This document shows positions 1 through 11,000 of a stretch of 64,000 nt of DNA, piece by piece (within the stretch, counting starts at the first letter, position 1; each line of letters starts with the position of its first letter). Source of the stretch: Diplonema japonicum (lineage: Eukaryota > Protista > Euglenozoa: Diplonemea). The DNA lies in the NCBI GenBank assembly GCA_964019335.1, contig OZ025679.1:248001-312000 (forward strand), written 5' to 3'. The position numbers were made by a program, and so were the translations under genes. The notes under the pieces were generated by a model, which saw nothing but the letters and a program-made list of their open reading frames with translations, was not told the origin of the DNA and did no database searches.

Positions 1-2
1 TG

Positions 3-1044
3 TTCCTGACGCTCTTCTGCGTAACAATCTTGTATGCAGCACGCTTGCACAGAAGGTTGAGCAAGCTAAGCAAACTGAAACTGACACCCATTGTCAGTAC
101 CATGCTCGCAGACTGGTGCCAGGTCAGCTTCTCCATGGTGGAAAAAGCCACTCTAAAGTACCCCAACATCGTCCTTCAACGTGGCCCCATTGCAGTGGTA
201 GAGATGAGAGCCGGTTTGAGACTCCTCCTTGACGCTGGGACAGCTGACGCAAGCCCTGCAATTCTTGCAAGGGTACGAACGCTTCCTAACAATGTGAGGG
301 TGAACACTCTGCCGACCGATTCTATTGTCGCGATACTCGCGGTTATGCTGTCACTGAACGGGCAAACTCCTCGTGATTCTAACCATCTAAAGGGACTTTT
401 ACGAGATAAACAATTCGGCGTGCTTGGTCTCGGTTCAGGAGAAGTCTACACCGTTTTGTCAAAAATCGCTGAAGTGTCACTCATCGAACCCAGTACCGCT
501 GTCGTCGACTCTGCCTTCTCACACTTCCTGTTGGGTAACATTCCAGTGAACCGGGTCGCTCCGTTGTCACTCAAAGCGTGGATGCCTCGAAGTTCGTATT
601 CTATTTTGGTGACAGACCTTACTAGGGCGCAGTTGAACAGCGATCCTGTGTACCTGAAAAAGCTGAAAAACTTTTCTGACTATGTTGTGGGAGTTGCCAT
701 GCACCCGATGGTGAAGACTACTAGTATCGGGCTGATATCGGATGTGCACTGTTGGGCTGCGGTATGATGTGAGGGGGAGAAGAAAAAAAAAAAAAAAAAA
801 AAGGTATTCTCCTCTGTTGTTGCCATCACCGCCTCGCGCTATCACCGTGTACTGGTGGCGTCATCGTCGTCCCAAGCACCGATCTGTAAAGACGAAATTG
901 TCTCGCTTTTGAAAAACTCCGAAGGCCTTTCTGCTGTTCTTGGCCTTAGCCAAACATCGCTTGAAGTGAAGGTGTGTTTTTGGGGGGGGGGAATAAAAAA
1001 AAAATTAAAAAAAATAGGAAATCAAAGTTTATCAGAAGTCCTGA
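3..1044 (+). CDS. Hypothetical protein, 5'-partial; predicted exons <3-761, 804-971, 1018-1044
   Basis: Frame is open from the window edge. GT-AG introns 762-803 and 972-1017 join it in frame to the 855 ORF (VASSSSQAPICKDEIVSLL...EVK) and then to EIKVYQKS*. No recognisable domain. Confidence 0.55.
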
Positions 1045-1950
1045 TGAAAATGGAGGTTTTTTTTTGGGGGGGGAAAAAGGGGTACATTGTTGCTAAAAGT
1101 TCTGTAAATAAAGAGGGGAAAAAAAAAAAAAAAAAAAAAAAAAGACGAGTAATTTTTATATAATCAACTGTAAAACACTTTTACTTGCGTAGTACCATTT
1201 TTCGGTTAACAATCTGATTTTTTTTTTTTTTTTTTTGCTCCCTTCCCCTTCGAATTTCATGGGGAGCGAAGAAAAAAAAAAGAAGAAGAAAAAAAAAAAG
1301 AGATTGAAGAATACGGAATGAGAAACGCTTTCTAGTTCTCTTCTTCTTCTCTCTCTCCCCCCCCCCCCCCCCACCTCCCCCACTACATTATTTTATCCCT
1401 TTCCCCAATTTCTTTTTTTTCTTTTCTTGTGCCTCCACGATGCGCCCCCTTGTTCTTGTCATACTCCTTTCCTAAACATCCTCCCCCCCCTTTTTTTTAA
1501 AGTACCTGACTTTGATACTTTGTCCAAAAAAAAGAAGGGGAAAAAAAAAAAGAAAAAAAAAAAAAAAAACCTTCCCTCTTCTTCTACCTCTTTTTTTTTT
1601 TCCTTTTTTATTTCTGTTTTCTCCGGTTGATAATAGATACCAGATGGCGTAGATTATTTAAGGTTATTTATTTTATTCCTATTTTTTTTTTTTTTCTTTT
1701 TGAAGAGGGAAGGGGGGAAACAAAAAAAAAAAGTGATTGAGGTATGCGAAAAAGGGCTGGAAATTGGAGCTGTATTTTTTTTTCAAGAAGAGCCTTGAAC
1801 TATATGGAAATATCTTCTGGTCACTATTCTCGCGCTTAAGTCGCGCCTCCTCCTCCTTTTGTTCCTTCCGTTGGGTTGGGAAGAGAGAGGAAATCAGGAC
1901 GTTATAGGACCTGATGAGTTTGTGCCACGGTGCGAGAATTGTGTAACAGG

Positions 1951-1984
<34 letters not shown>

Positions 1985-2359
1985 ATTTATTATTTTATAT
2001 AGGGGGTAAACTACACCTCCATGATCCTATCAAATGTGCACAAAAAAAGGTTGTGTTTTTTTTATCCCCCCCCATCCATTTCAGTTTCTTCTCCGGTTTG
2101 ATACTCTACTCCCCCCCCCCCCCAAATGTCTTTTTTCTTCCTTTCTTTTTTTTTTTGCGCCATTGGCTCAGCCTTGCTCTTCCCCGTCCCCCCGTTCCCC
2201 TCCTTTTTTTTTCCCTTTCATTTTTTTGTATTTTACAAAAAAAAAAAAAAAAAAAAGTTTTTCTATGTTGGGACGAAAAAAGAACTTTTTCTCTTTTTTT
2301 TAAAAAAAAAAAAAGAAAAAAAGTTTGCAAAGGGTGGGGGGGGTGACATTCGTAGAATA

Positions 2360-2396
<37 letters not shown>

Positions 2397-2440
2397 GGCA
2401 AGAAAAAGTTTTTTTTTTTTCCCCTCAAAAAAAAAAAAAA

Positions 2441-3205
2441 AAATAGCTATTTACTGCCAACAAGTAATGACTTTACCGTTACCTCGAGGTTCCGCATTTT
2501 ACCGTCGAGGGCCCGCAGGGCCCGAGATGGTAAAATGCGGAACCGAGAGGTCGGTAAAGCATTACTTGGCGGTAGGTAAGTGGTTTTATTTCACGACACT
2601 CAGAAATTACTTCACCACGAGGGGCACAACAGGGTGACAAGGGGTACAACAAGAGAGGGGTTACAAAGGTTACAATACAAGTTGTTTTCCCTCCTTTTGT
2701 TGACTAAGAGCTGCCGCTGTCGCTGGCATTGCCACTGTCACCATCTCTAATCAGGCCTTCCCATACCTGGCGCGGCCGCTGGCTCCTTTTTTTCTGCTGC
2801 TTCGGTATTTTGAAGTCATTTGGGGAGCTTGGGTAAGCTGACTAAGTTACCCTTGCCCACAGAAGAGTTACCCCCAGAAACTGGGAACAAGGCCTAGCCA
2901 AAAGTGGGCAAATTGGGAGGAAAAAGTAGTCCAACTTGGAACTGAGCCGAGGCAAAAGTTGGCCAATTGAGCTGAACCTGGGGGGAAATAGCAAACTGAG
3001 AGGAAAAAGTAGCCCCACTGGGAACCGAACCGAGGCAAAAATTGGCCTACCGAGCATATTATTTAACGGAAACCCCCTATTACTTCACGGAAAACAGGCC
3101 ATTATTTCACCGTGAAGTAATGAGATTTAGCGTGAAGCAATGAGATTTAGCGTGAAGTAATGGGCCCCCCAGTGCGTGAAGTAATTTCTGAAGAGTGAAA
3201 TAAAA
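2441..3205 (-). mobile_element. Non-coding hairpin/asymmetric-IR element, copy A
   Basis: Terminal motif AATAGCTATTTA; ~130 nt imperfect palindrome 2450-2580 centred on GGGCCC-GCA-GGGCCC; internal IR 2584-2615 pairs with terminal 3176-3205; internal tandem repeats; A-runs on both sides. Architecture shared with 31763-32517 and 54169-54746. Confidence 0.8.
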
Positions 3206-3302
3206 AAAAAAAAAATACCACCAATAAAAAAAAAAGGGAAATGGAGGACGAAAAAAAAAGAAAATGAAAAGCCGAAACTGCCTGCAAAAAACTCCTAGAA
3301 CG

Positions 3303-4571
3303 ATGGAATACGGTTTCGAATCGCTGACCGAAAATGTGGTTGCGCACCCGGGCATAGTCATCGCCCTGTGCGTCTTGTTCTTCATCGTCACGATGAGACA
3401 CGGGTGGCTCAACACTTCGGGCACGAACCCCGACTGGTCACCATATTCTTCACAACACACCAAAACCTCTTGACTGAATATACAAGATTTCTATAATCAG
3501 TTTACATCCTCAAGCCCCATCGTCGATGGGGAAAACGTAACATTTTCTTTGGTCTGTTCGCGGTACACCTCGCACGATCCTTGCAAACCCCCTGTTTCCC
3601 CTCTGCCATACTGGAATCACAATTCATCACTTCTCCTCCTCGACACAGATCCGACCTCAACGATAAATTCTGTGCAATGGAAGGATATAGTACCGTCCGG
3701 TCCGGGGCTTGAATATTACTTGTCGATATATCAGCGGAGGCGGTTCGCCTTGAAGTAGTCTTGAAAAACGAGAAACGAGAACTTTCCGGCATAGGTGTAG
3801 ACAATCCGCAATCCCGGTACTGGGAAATCCACGTTACAGAAACACTTCAAAACGACACTGTGGGAATTCTTTCAACAGGCTTCGCTGACAAAGCCGCCGA
3901 TGAAGCCGTCCAAGGAGGCATTAGTTTGTTAATTCTAGGTATCCGGGACAGTCTCGAAGGGATCGGGTCACCATGGTACTGGATGTTCAAATTTTGGGAG
4001 TCTTAAACGAGGATGTAACAGCTGTGATGACGGCTAACTTGTGGATTGCGTTGGTTGTTGTAGTTTCCATTGCTGTTGATGTTTGCATGTTAGGGTTCAT
4101 GCAGTTTGTAGGGGTTGATTTGAATGGGGTTTCCATAATATGTATTGTTCTTGCAATTGGGTTATAGTGTTCACATTGCAAATGCTTTTTCTTAATGTGA
4201 GATCTGCATATGCGTTGTGGAAGATGGGCCCTGCTGTTGTGAACGGGGCCACGTCTACGTTCATTTCTGTGTTCCCCGCCAATTTCGCCGCCTCGTACGT
4301 TTTCAAAGCGTTTTTCAGAATGTTCTTCCTGATCACCGTGTTCGGGGTTTGGTTCGGTGGTTTTTTTATTCCTGTTGTGTTATCCTTAATAGGCCCTCGT
4401 GCATACTCGCATGCACCTGATCTCAAAGACCATCCGGACTGGAACCCTCTCGATCCTGATCATGACAAAGCTGCAACAGACAGCGATGAGAGCAGTGATG
4501 AAGAGGATGCTGTGCCTAAGGTGGTGTCGACGAGCGAGCCCATTGCAGGTGAACACGATTTTGTGGGTTGA
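3303..4571 (+). pseudogene. Patched/NPC1-like RND (sterol-sensing family) transporter pseudogene with many deletions
   Basis: Collinear fragments in changing frames: N-terminal TM (HPGIVIALCVLFFIV), ...ADEAVQGGISLLILG, LNGVSIICIVLAIG, YSVHIANAF, MGPAVVNGATSTF...SYVFKAFFRMFFLITVFG...IPVVLSLIGP (typical Patched-family C-terminal TMs). Stops and frameshifts lie between the fragments. Confidence 0.75.
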
Positions 4572-4679
4572 GGGCTTTTTTTTTTTTTTTTTTTTTTTCT
4601 CTAAATTGGCGACGAAGGGGTGTCTTTTCTTTATTTTTTTATTTTCTTTACCGGCTGTGCGCAAGCAATAATTAACCGA

Positions 4680-4718
<39 letters not shown>

Positions 4719-4803
4719 AAAAACGCCCCCGTAGCAACAAAAAAAAAAAAAAAAAATCGCGTTTCTTCTCTCTTTTACCTTTTTTCCTCTACCCCCCCCT
4801 TTT

Positions 4804-7800
4804 TTGAGATATCTAGCGCTCGAGAAAATCCGCGTGGGTTGTGCTGCTGTAGTCAGACGGCTGAAGCCTATATGTGGAGCCCCCCCGCATGAGATCTGTA
4901 GGGGATGGGACAACGCGGTGCGACGTGCAGTGAACCAGCGTGTCATCCCTGAGAGCGCGGCGCCGACGGTTGATATGGCCAAGGACGCTGCGGAGCTGCA
5001 GGCGAAGGTGCTCCAAGTGCAGAGAACAATGGACCTCGCTAGCAAAGTATCGCGGGGTGCTAAGCACAAGAGAGAGATGGAGTACCACTTCGCGAAGCAT
5101 CGCCAAACCATAGCGGGACTAGTGCAGGGAAAACAGTCGAGAGAGCTGCTGGCGGTCCGGACGGCTGACGGGAGGCTCAGCACCAATCTGGGCGAGATCG
5201 ACCGCGCGTTCAGGGAGGCATGGAGTCCTGTGTTCCAGATGTACAAAGACAGGCCAGAACCAACAGCGGAAGAGTTCGTGAGATCCTTCGGGGGGTATAT
5301 CCCGTACTGCTCGATGTCCACCACGGAGCTCACCTCTGCGCAGCTTCGGAAGGTCCTCAACAAGAAACAGCGGCAGCATTGTGCAGGGGTAGACGGATGG
5401 AGGCTGAGTGAGCTAGCGCACCTACCCTCAGAACTCCTCGATGGCTTCCTGTTCCTCTTTGACTGGATTGAGACGACCGGCGTGTGGCCACAAGCGATCC
5501 TGACTGCCTTGATCACGATGATCCCGAAGTCTGAGTCGGAAGAGCCCTTAGATCATCGCCCGATCACGGTCTCCAGTGCCTTCTACCGCCTATGGGCATG
5601 TGCCAGGCTCCCCGCTATTCTCGAGTGGCAGGAACGTTGGATCACCCCGACGCAGCACGGCTTTAGACCAAAACACGGCGTCGATGACCTACTCTTCAAA
5701 GTGTGTGCGCAGGTGGAAAATGCTCGACAGGGGGCAGAGCCCCTGTATGGCCTGTCGGTAGACTTCAGGAAGTGTTTCGACTCCGTCCCTGTCACGTTGA
5801 CGTTCGACCTTGCGGAGAGACTGGGCATGTCCGAGAATATCCTAAGGCCGCTGAGATCCATGTACGCCAACCTCGACCGGCGTTTGCGCTTCCAGGCGGG
5901 GGTAGGGGAAGTGTTTCGCACCACAAACGGAATCCTCCAGGGCTGCCCTATCTCACCCGTCTTCATCAACGCCATCCTCGCTGCCTACACCAGGCGATGC
6001 GTCACCACATTCCCTGAAGTCCTACCCATCTCCTACGCGGACGACCTATACCTCTTCTCTAGGATCTCGGAGAAGGCGGTCCAGAGTTCCATACTCTTGC
6101 TGGACGAGCTCTGCCGCTTGACGAACATGTCGGTACACCCGGGGAAAACTAAGGCCTTTAGCACCAAGAAGGGGTACAGAAGCAGGCTGGCGATGAGGGG
6201 CACCTTATTCGATACGGTGAAAAGCGTAACTATGTTGGGGTGTACGGTGTGCCTGCAGCCCACCAGGACGAAGAACACAAGGATCGCCACGGCGCTGGAT
6301 GCTGTCGACAGGCTCACAGTGACCCAAATCACGAGAACGCGTAAGGCCCAACTGATAGAAGACTGCATCCTACCTGCGGCGCTCTACGGAGTGCTCTACA
6401 CACCACCCACGGACTCGCTCTTGGACTCCCTCAGGAAGAAGATTACCTCTTGCATATGGGGCCCACACAACCCAACACGCTCGTCAGGCGCCCTCCTCGG
6501 GGTGGCTTTCAAAGGACACAGGCTGGACCCGTACTCAGCAGCCGCATACCGCAGGATCACAACGTTTGCGCGGATGATGAGGAGCGACGGTGAGTCCAGT
6601 TCACTCGTCAGGGCGTGCAGAGACGGCTACAAGGAGGCCGCCCGGAACGGAAACCCCCTCGCCCCGCGCGGGATACTCGGACAGACCCACGAGCTGCTGG
6701 AGGGACTAGGGTCCAGCTGGGCGCATTTCGCGCGGCAATGGGTCCCCCTAGAGCCTGGGGCACTGAAGCATGAGGTCAGGAAGCTCCTGAAGGTCCACCT
6801 GCGAGCGAACCTCGTGGAGAGCAGACCCTCCTTTCAGGGGACGGGCGACATCGACGAAGTGGCAACCAACGGGCTACACCTGCACCTGGCGAACCGCAAC
6901 CCTCCCAAAGCACGAAGGGTCCTGCAAGTGATAACTGGGGCTGTTTTCCCGTTCCACCCCAAGATTATCAACGACACGGTCGGGGGGCGGACGAAATGCA
7001 TGGGCTGCGACGCTACTTTCGACATTTCGGAACACACGGCGAGACTCCTGGAGCACACCCTCTGGGACTGTCAGGCGCACGAGCACATCAGGACAGCTTC
7101 CGAGACGCGGGCAGCGCTGTGCACACAACGTAACCAGTGGCCCCGGTGCACGCAACTGCACGGCATCGCGACAGTGGGACTCGGGCTGGACACTGCCGAG
7201 TTGCAGCTGATGATGGCGGAGATCACTGGTAGCTTACAACTCACCTTTGCACGGAAAAAGACGATGGACTTCAGCGTTCACCTGTGGAACAGGCCTTTCG
7301 AGAAGGGGAGTTTGCTCAAGCCACGGTCACTGAGGTGGTACTACGACAATGGTTTGAGGCAACAGTGCCTCCCACGGCTCATCCCGCACGTCATCCGATG
7401 GCTCTCTGCCCTTCACTGGGGCACGACAGGTGGACAGGTCTCCAGGCTTGAGCTGGCCATAGACTTCATTGCCACGGTGGGACTCTCACCTTGTGAAGAG
7501 GGTGAGGACATCCAAGTGAGCGCGCGTGTAATAGGCCGGGTGATAACGGCACTAGAACGCATCCACACCAGTAAGGGCATAGCGCCCCTCATCCCAGCTG
7601 CGTCAGTAGTTTCTGTCCACTCCCTGCGCAAGTTGGGTTACTACAACAGCTCCGTAAGGGGCTACTCCTCTAGACCGGTATTCGCCTCCCCGGTGACCCG
7701 CCACATCCTTGAGAAACAACTGTACAACTATTGTGTCCTTACCAACTCGGTTGAGGGTTTTATACCTAAGGTACCGAGGAGGGTGAACGAGGGGCCGAAG

Positions 7801-7836
7801 GCCACACCACAGCAGAAAGGTTCGATCAAGAGATAG
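4804..7836 (+). CDS. Non-LTR reverse transcriptase (N-terminally truncated) with CxxC..HxxxxC knuckle and uncharacterised C-terminal domain
   Basis: RT motifs GVDGW, MIPK...HRPITV, QHGFRP, VDFRKCFDSV, GILQGCPISP, YADD, HPGKT; CMGC...HTLWDC; C-terminal VSRLELAIDF and GYSSRPVFAS motifs. No endonuclease seen and no initiating ATG (frame starts at the T-run). Confidence 0.92.
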   Translation: MRYLALEKIRVGCAAVVRRLKPICGAPPHEICRGWDNAVRRAVNQRVIPESAAPTVDMAKDAAELQAKVLQVQRTMDLASKVSRGAKHKREMEYHFAKHRQTIAGLVQGKQSRELLAVRTADGRLSTNLGEIDRAFREAWSPVFQMYKDRPEPTAEEFVRSFGGYIPYCSMSTTELTSAQLRKVLNKKQRQHCAGVDGWRLSELAHLPSELLDGFLFLFDWIETTGVWPQAILTALITMIPKSESEEPLDHRPITVSSAFYRLWACARLPAILEWQERWITPTQHGFRPKHGVDDLLFKVCAQVENARQGAEPLYGLSVDFRKCFDSVPVTLTFDLAERLGMSENILRPLRSMYANLDRRLRFQAGVGEVFRTTNGILQGCPISPVFINAILAAYTRRCVTTFPEVLPISYADDLYLFSRISEKAVQSSILLLDELCRLTNMSVHPGKTKAFSTKKGYRSRLAMRGTLFDTVKSVTMLGCTVCLQPTRTKNTRIATALDAVDRLTVTQITRTRKAQLIEDCILPAALYGVLYTPPTDSLLDSLRKKITSCIWGPHNPTRSSGALLGVAFKGHRLDPYSAAAYRRITTFARMMRSDGESSSLVRACRDGYKEAARNGNPLAPRGILGQTHELLEGLGSSWAHFARQWVPLEPGALKHEVRKLLKVHLRANLVESRPSFQGTGDIDEVATNGLHLHLANRNPPKARRVLQVITGAVFPFHPKIINDTVGGRTKCMGCDATFDISEHTARLLEHTLWDCQAHEHIRTASETRAALCTQRNQWPRCTQLHGIATVGLGLDTAELQLMMAEITGSLQLTFARKKTMDFSVHLWNRPFEKGSLLKPRSLRWYYDNGLRQQCLPRLIPHVIRWLSALHWGTTGGQVSRLELAIDFIATVGLSPCEEGEDIQVSARVIGRVITALERIHTSKGIAPLIPAASVVSVHSLRKLGYYNSSVRGYSSRPVFASPVTRHILEKQLYNYCVLTNSVEGFIPKVPRRVNEGPKATPQQKGSIKR

Positions 7837-7890
7837 ATTGAGACTCTTCAGGCGTCCTGCCACATACCGCAGGTACCCTTAAATGTCTCT
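4806..7890 (+). mobile_element. Non-LTR retrotransposon (LINE-like), 5'-truncated, with an uninterrupted RT ORF
   Basis: Homopolymer-free block between two T-runs; encodes an RT; short 3' UTR ending ...GCAGGTACCCTTAAATGTCTC followed by poly(T). Confidence 0.9.
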
Positions 7891-8076
7891 TTTTTTTTTT
7901 TTTTTTAAGAACGAAAATCAATTTTAAAAAACATAGTATCCAATGTACATGCAAGAAACAAAAAAAAAAAAAAAAAAACACAAAACAGCGACAAACACAC
8001 AAACACACATACAATAAAAATGCAACTGGGGTTGCAATAAGAAAAAAAGAAGAAAAAAAAAAAAAGAAGAAAACAA

Positions 8077-11000
8077 ATGCAAAACGAACAAGAAATTGAG
8101 ATGTATGACCTGCATCCTATCAACACCGAATCAACCGGGTGTGACAATGACGATGCGAACGAGGAGGGTGTCATGAAGGTGAAAAGTGTGAACCAGGCAG
8201 GCCGTGCCGCGTGGGGCCAGGACGCCAACGCAGGCCTGCCCAACAACTTCATCAAAACAAGCAAGTACGAATGGTGGAACTTCGTGTTCCTGAATCTTTG
8301 GCTGCAGTTTCACAAAATCGCAAACTTATATTTCCTCGCGAATATGTGTTTCGCCTTAATACCCGGCGTCTCACCAGTCTTCCCAGTCACAACCATAACA
8401 CCCCTTGTAGCAGTTGTAGGTGTTGCTGCTGTTCGAGATGCTTACGAAGATTGGAAACGCCACCGACAAGACAACAAAGCGAACAGCGTCTCGACCAACG
8501 TTCTTCGGGAAGGAAACGAGTTTACCACGGTGAAGTCGTGCGACGTGCGTGCCGGCGATATCGTTCAGATATTCAATAACTCCGAAATCCCTGCTGACAT
8601 CTTGCTTCTCTCCTCGAAACGAGATGACGGAGGGTGTTACTTGGAAACTGCGAATCTGGACGGTGAGTCCAATCTGAAATCCAAAACAGCTCTCTCAGCA
8701 ACTTCAAAAATCACCGACCCTGCCTCGCTGCAACAAATCCCGATCGCGCTGAAATGCGACCCGCCCTCTATGAAACTGTCCGCGTGGAATGGAACGGCGT
8801 CGTGGAACGGTGCACAACACCCTGCAGGGCTGGACAATCTCCTTCTTCGCGGGTGTGTTTTAAGAGAAACACCGTGTCTGTACGGGTTTGTGGTGTACAC
8901 TGGTGTCAATACAAAGATGTTTTTGAATTTAACCCCGCCTCCAAACAAAAAATCTCGAATCGATCAGAAGCTTGAAAGGCTGATCTTAGGTATTCTTGGG
9001 TGCCAGCAAATCGTTATTTTAATCCTGTGCGGGGTGTCGCTGAACTTCGCGAAGAACTCCTCGCAATCCACCGCGTTCTACATAAAACACTTCAACGACG
9101 AGCACTCTCCGTTCGTGTACTTTGTTGTGCACTATTTGACATACTTTGTTCTGCTTTCCTTAATGATGCCCATCTCGCTGTTCCTTTCGATCGAATTCTG
9201 CAAAACGTTGCAAGCTCAGTTCATGGAATGGGACATACGAATGTACGACGACGAACGTCAACTTTCAATGAAAGCGCAAACCGCCTCCTTGAACGAAGAG
9301 CTCAGCCAGATCCAAGTAATCTGTACCGACAAAACCGGGACGTTAACCGATAATAAAATGGTGTTTGCAAAGGCATCTTGCATGGGGCTGACATACGATG
9401 AGCTCGCCAATGAGGGATCGATGGTCTCCGCGATCCAAGAAGGCAACACAGACACCGCAAGAATGCTGGAACTCTTCGCCGTTTGCAACACGGTAATTCC
9501 TTCTTTCGACGACAACGATGGTAGTCTACACTACGCCGGTGACTCAACAGATGAGGTTGCACTGGTAAAGGCTGCGAACCGAAACGGCTTCAAACTCCGA
9601 GAAAAGAAAGAAGACTACGTTCTCATAGAAACCCCTTCCTGCGAGATACGAATAGAAATACTGTGCACGCTGCCTTTCTCTTCCGATAGAAAGATGATGT
9701 CCGTAGTAGCACGACACCCTTCAGACGGGCTCCTTCTTTACAACAAAGGAGCAGACGCCTCAGTACTGTCAAACCTCGGAGAACAAACATTACAAGAAGT
9801 TCAAGTCAAAAGGAAAATTGAAGACGCTCTAGATGGATACGCATGCGGAGGGTTAAGAACACTATGCGTGTCCACACGCCGGCTCTCTGAATCTACGTAC
9901 GAATCATGGAGGAAAGATCATTGGGAACCTGCTGTGACAGCGGTTAAGGATCGTGACGTACACATTGAAAACGCCTGTTTGAAGCTCGAAACAAATCTGA
10001 CGCTGCTCGGTGCGACCGGCATTGAAGACAAGCTACAAGACAAAGTACCAGAGACAATTTCGTACTTTAGATCCGCCGGTGTTGTAATATTCGTACTAAC
10101 GGGCGACAAACGAGAAACTGCAATCAACATCGCAAAATCATGCACGTTAATCAAACAAAACACCAAGACAATCGTTCTGGATGTTTCTCGATGCGGCTCG
10201 CAGGCTCCTGAGAAATACCTCGCGGATTTAATAGAGGAGACCATACAGTGCACGGAAGAGCTAGGTGTCGATCCGTGGGGATCCCCAACATCGTGCGGAA
10301 CACCTTCTTTTTCAAAGTCCGGCGATGCCTCTTCCGATTCAGAACCCAATGAAGTGTGTATAGTTGTCGATGGTGCCACCTTCGCGGTTATCCACGAGCA
10401 TTGCTTAGAGCGGTTCAAGTCACTTGCATTGAAAGTTTCTACAGCATTATGTTGTAGAGTCACACCAATGCAGAAAGCAGATATCGTAAAATTGATCCAG
10501 GATCAAGACCGGACTTGTTTAGGTGTGGGTGATGGTGCTAATGATGTTTCCATGATACAGCGTGCGAAGGTTGGCGTTGGTATTATGGGTTTGGAGGGCT
10601 CGCAAGCCGAGCGTTCAAGTGATTACTCAATACCTCGATTTAAACATTTGGTTCCGTTGTTGGCCATCCACGGGCGGTACTCGCTTTTGAAGAACAGCTA
10701 CCTGATACAATACTCCTTCTACAAGAATCTGGTATACTCGTTGTGTCAGATCTACTACTCGTTCGCGTCCGGATTTACCGGGCAAACCATTTTTGATTCG
10801 TGGGTGATCATTTGCTTTAACATGATGTTCACCCTCCTCCCTCCCCTTGCCATGGGACTCTTTGAATACGATATAACGGAACACGAGATTTACAAATACC
10901 CTTTGCTGTATTACGATCTGCGGAGTCCTGTAGGCGGCAGGCTTTCGAGGTACTCAATCGCGAGATGGATTAGTTGGGCATTCGTATGTGTTTGGATTTT

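Noticed and set aside
1045-2440. Many ORF-track entries rich in poly-K, poly-F, poly-P or poly-G, here and in other intergenic regions
   Set aside because: These are translations of homopolymer runs with no protein-like content.
3303-4571. Cryptogene repaired by RNA editing or non-canonical introns
   Set aside because: Sequence is missing (whole domains) rather than interrupted; neighbouring genes need only GT-AG splicing.
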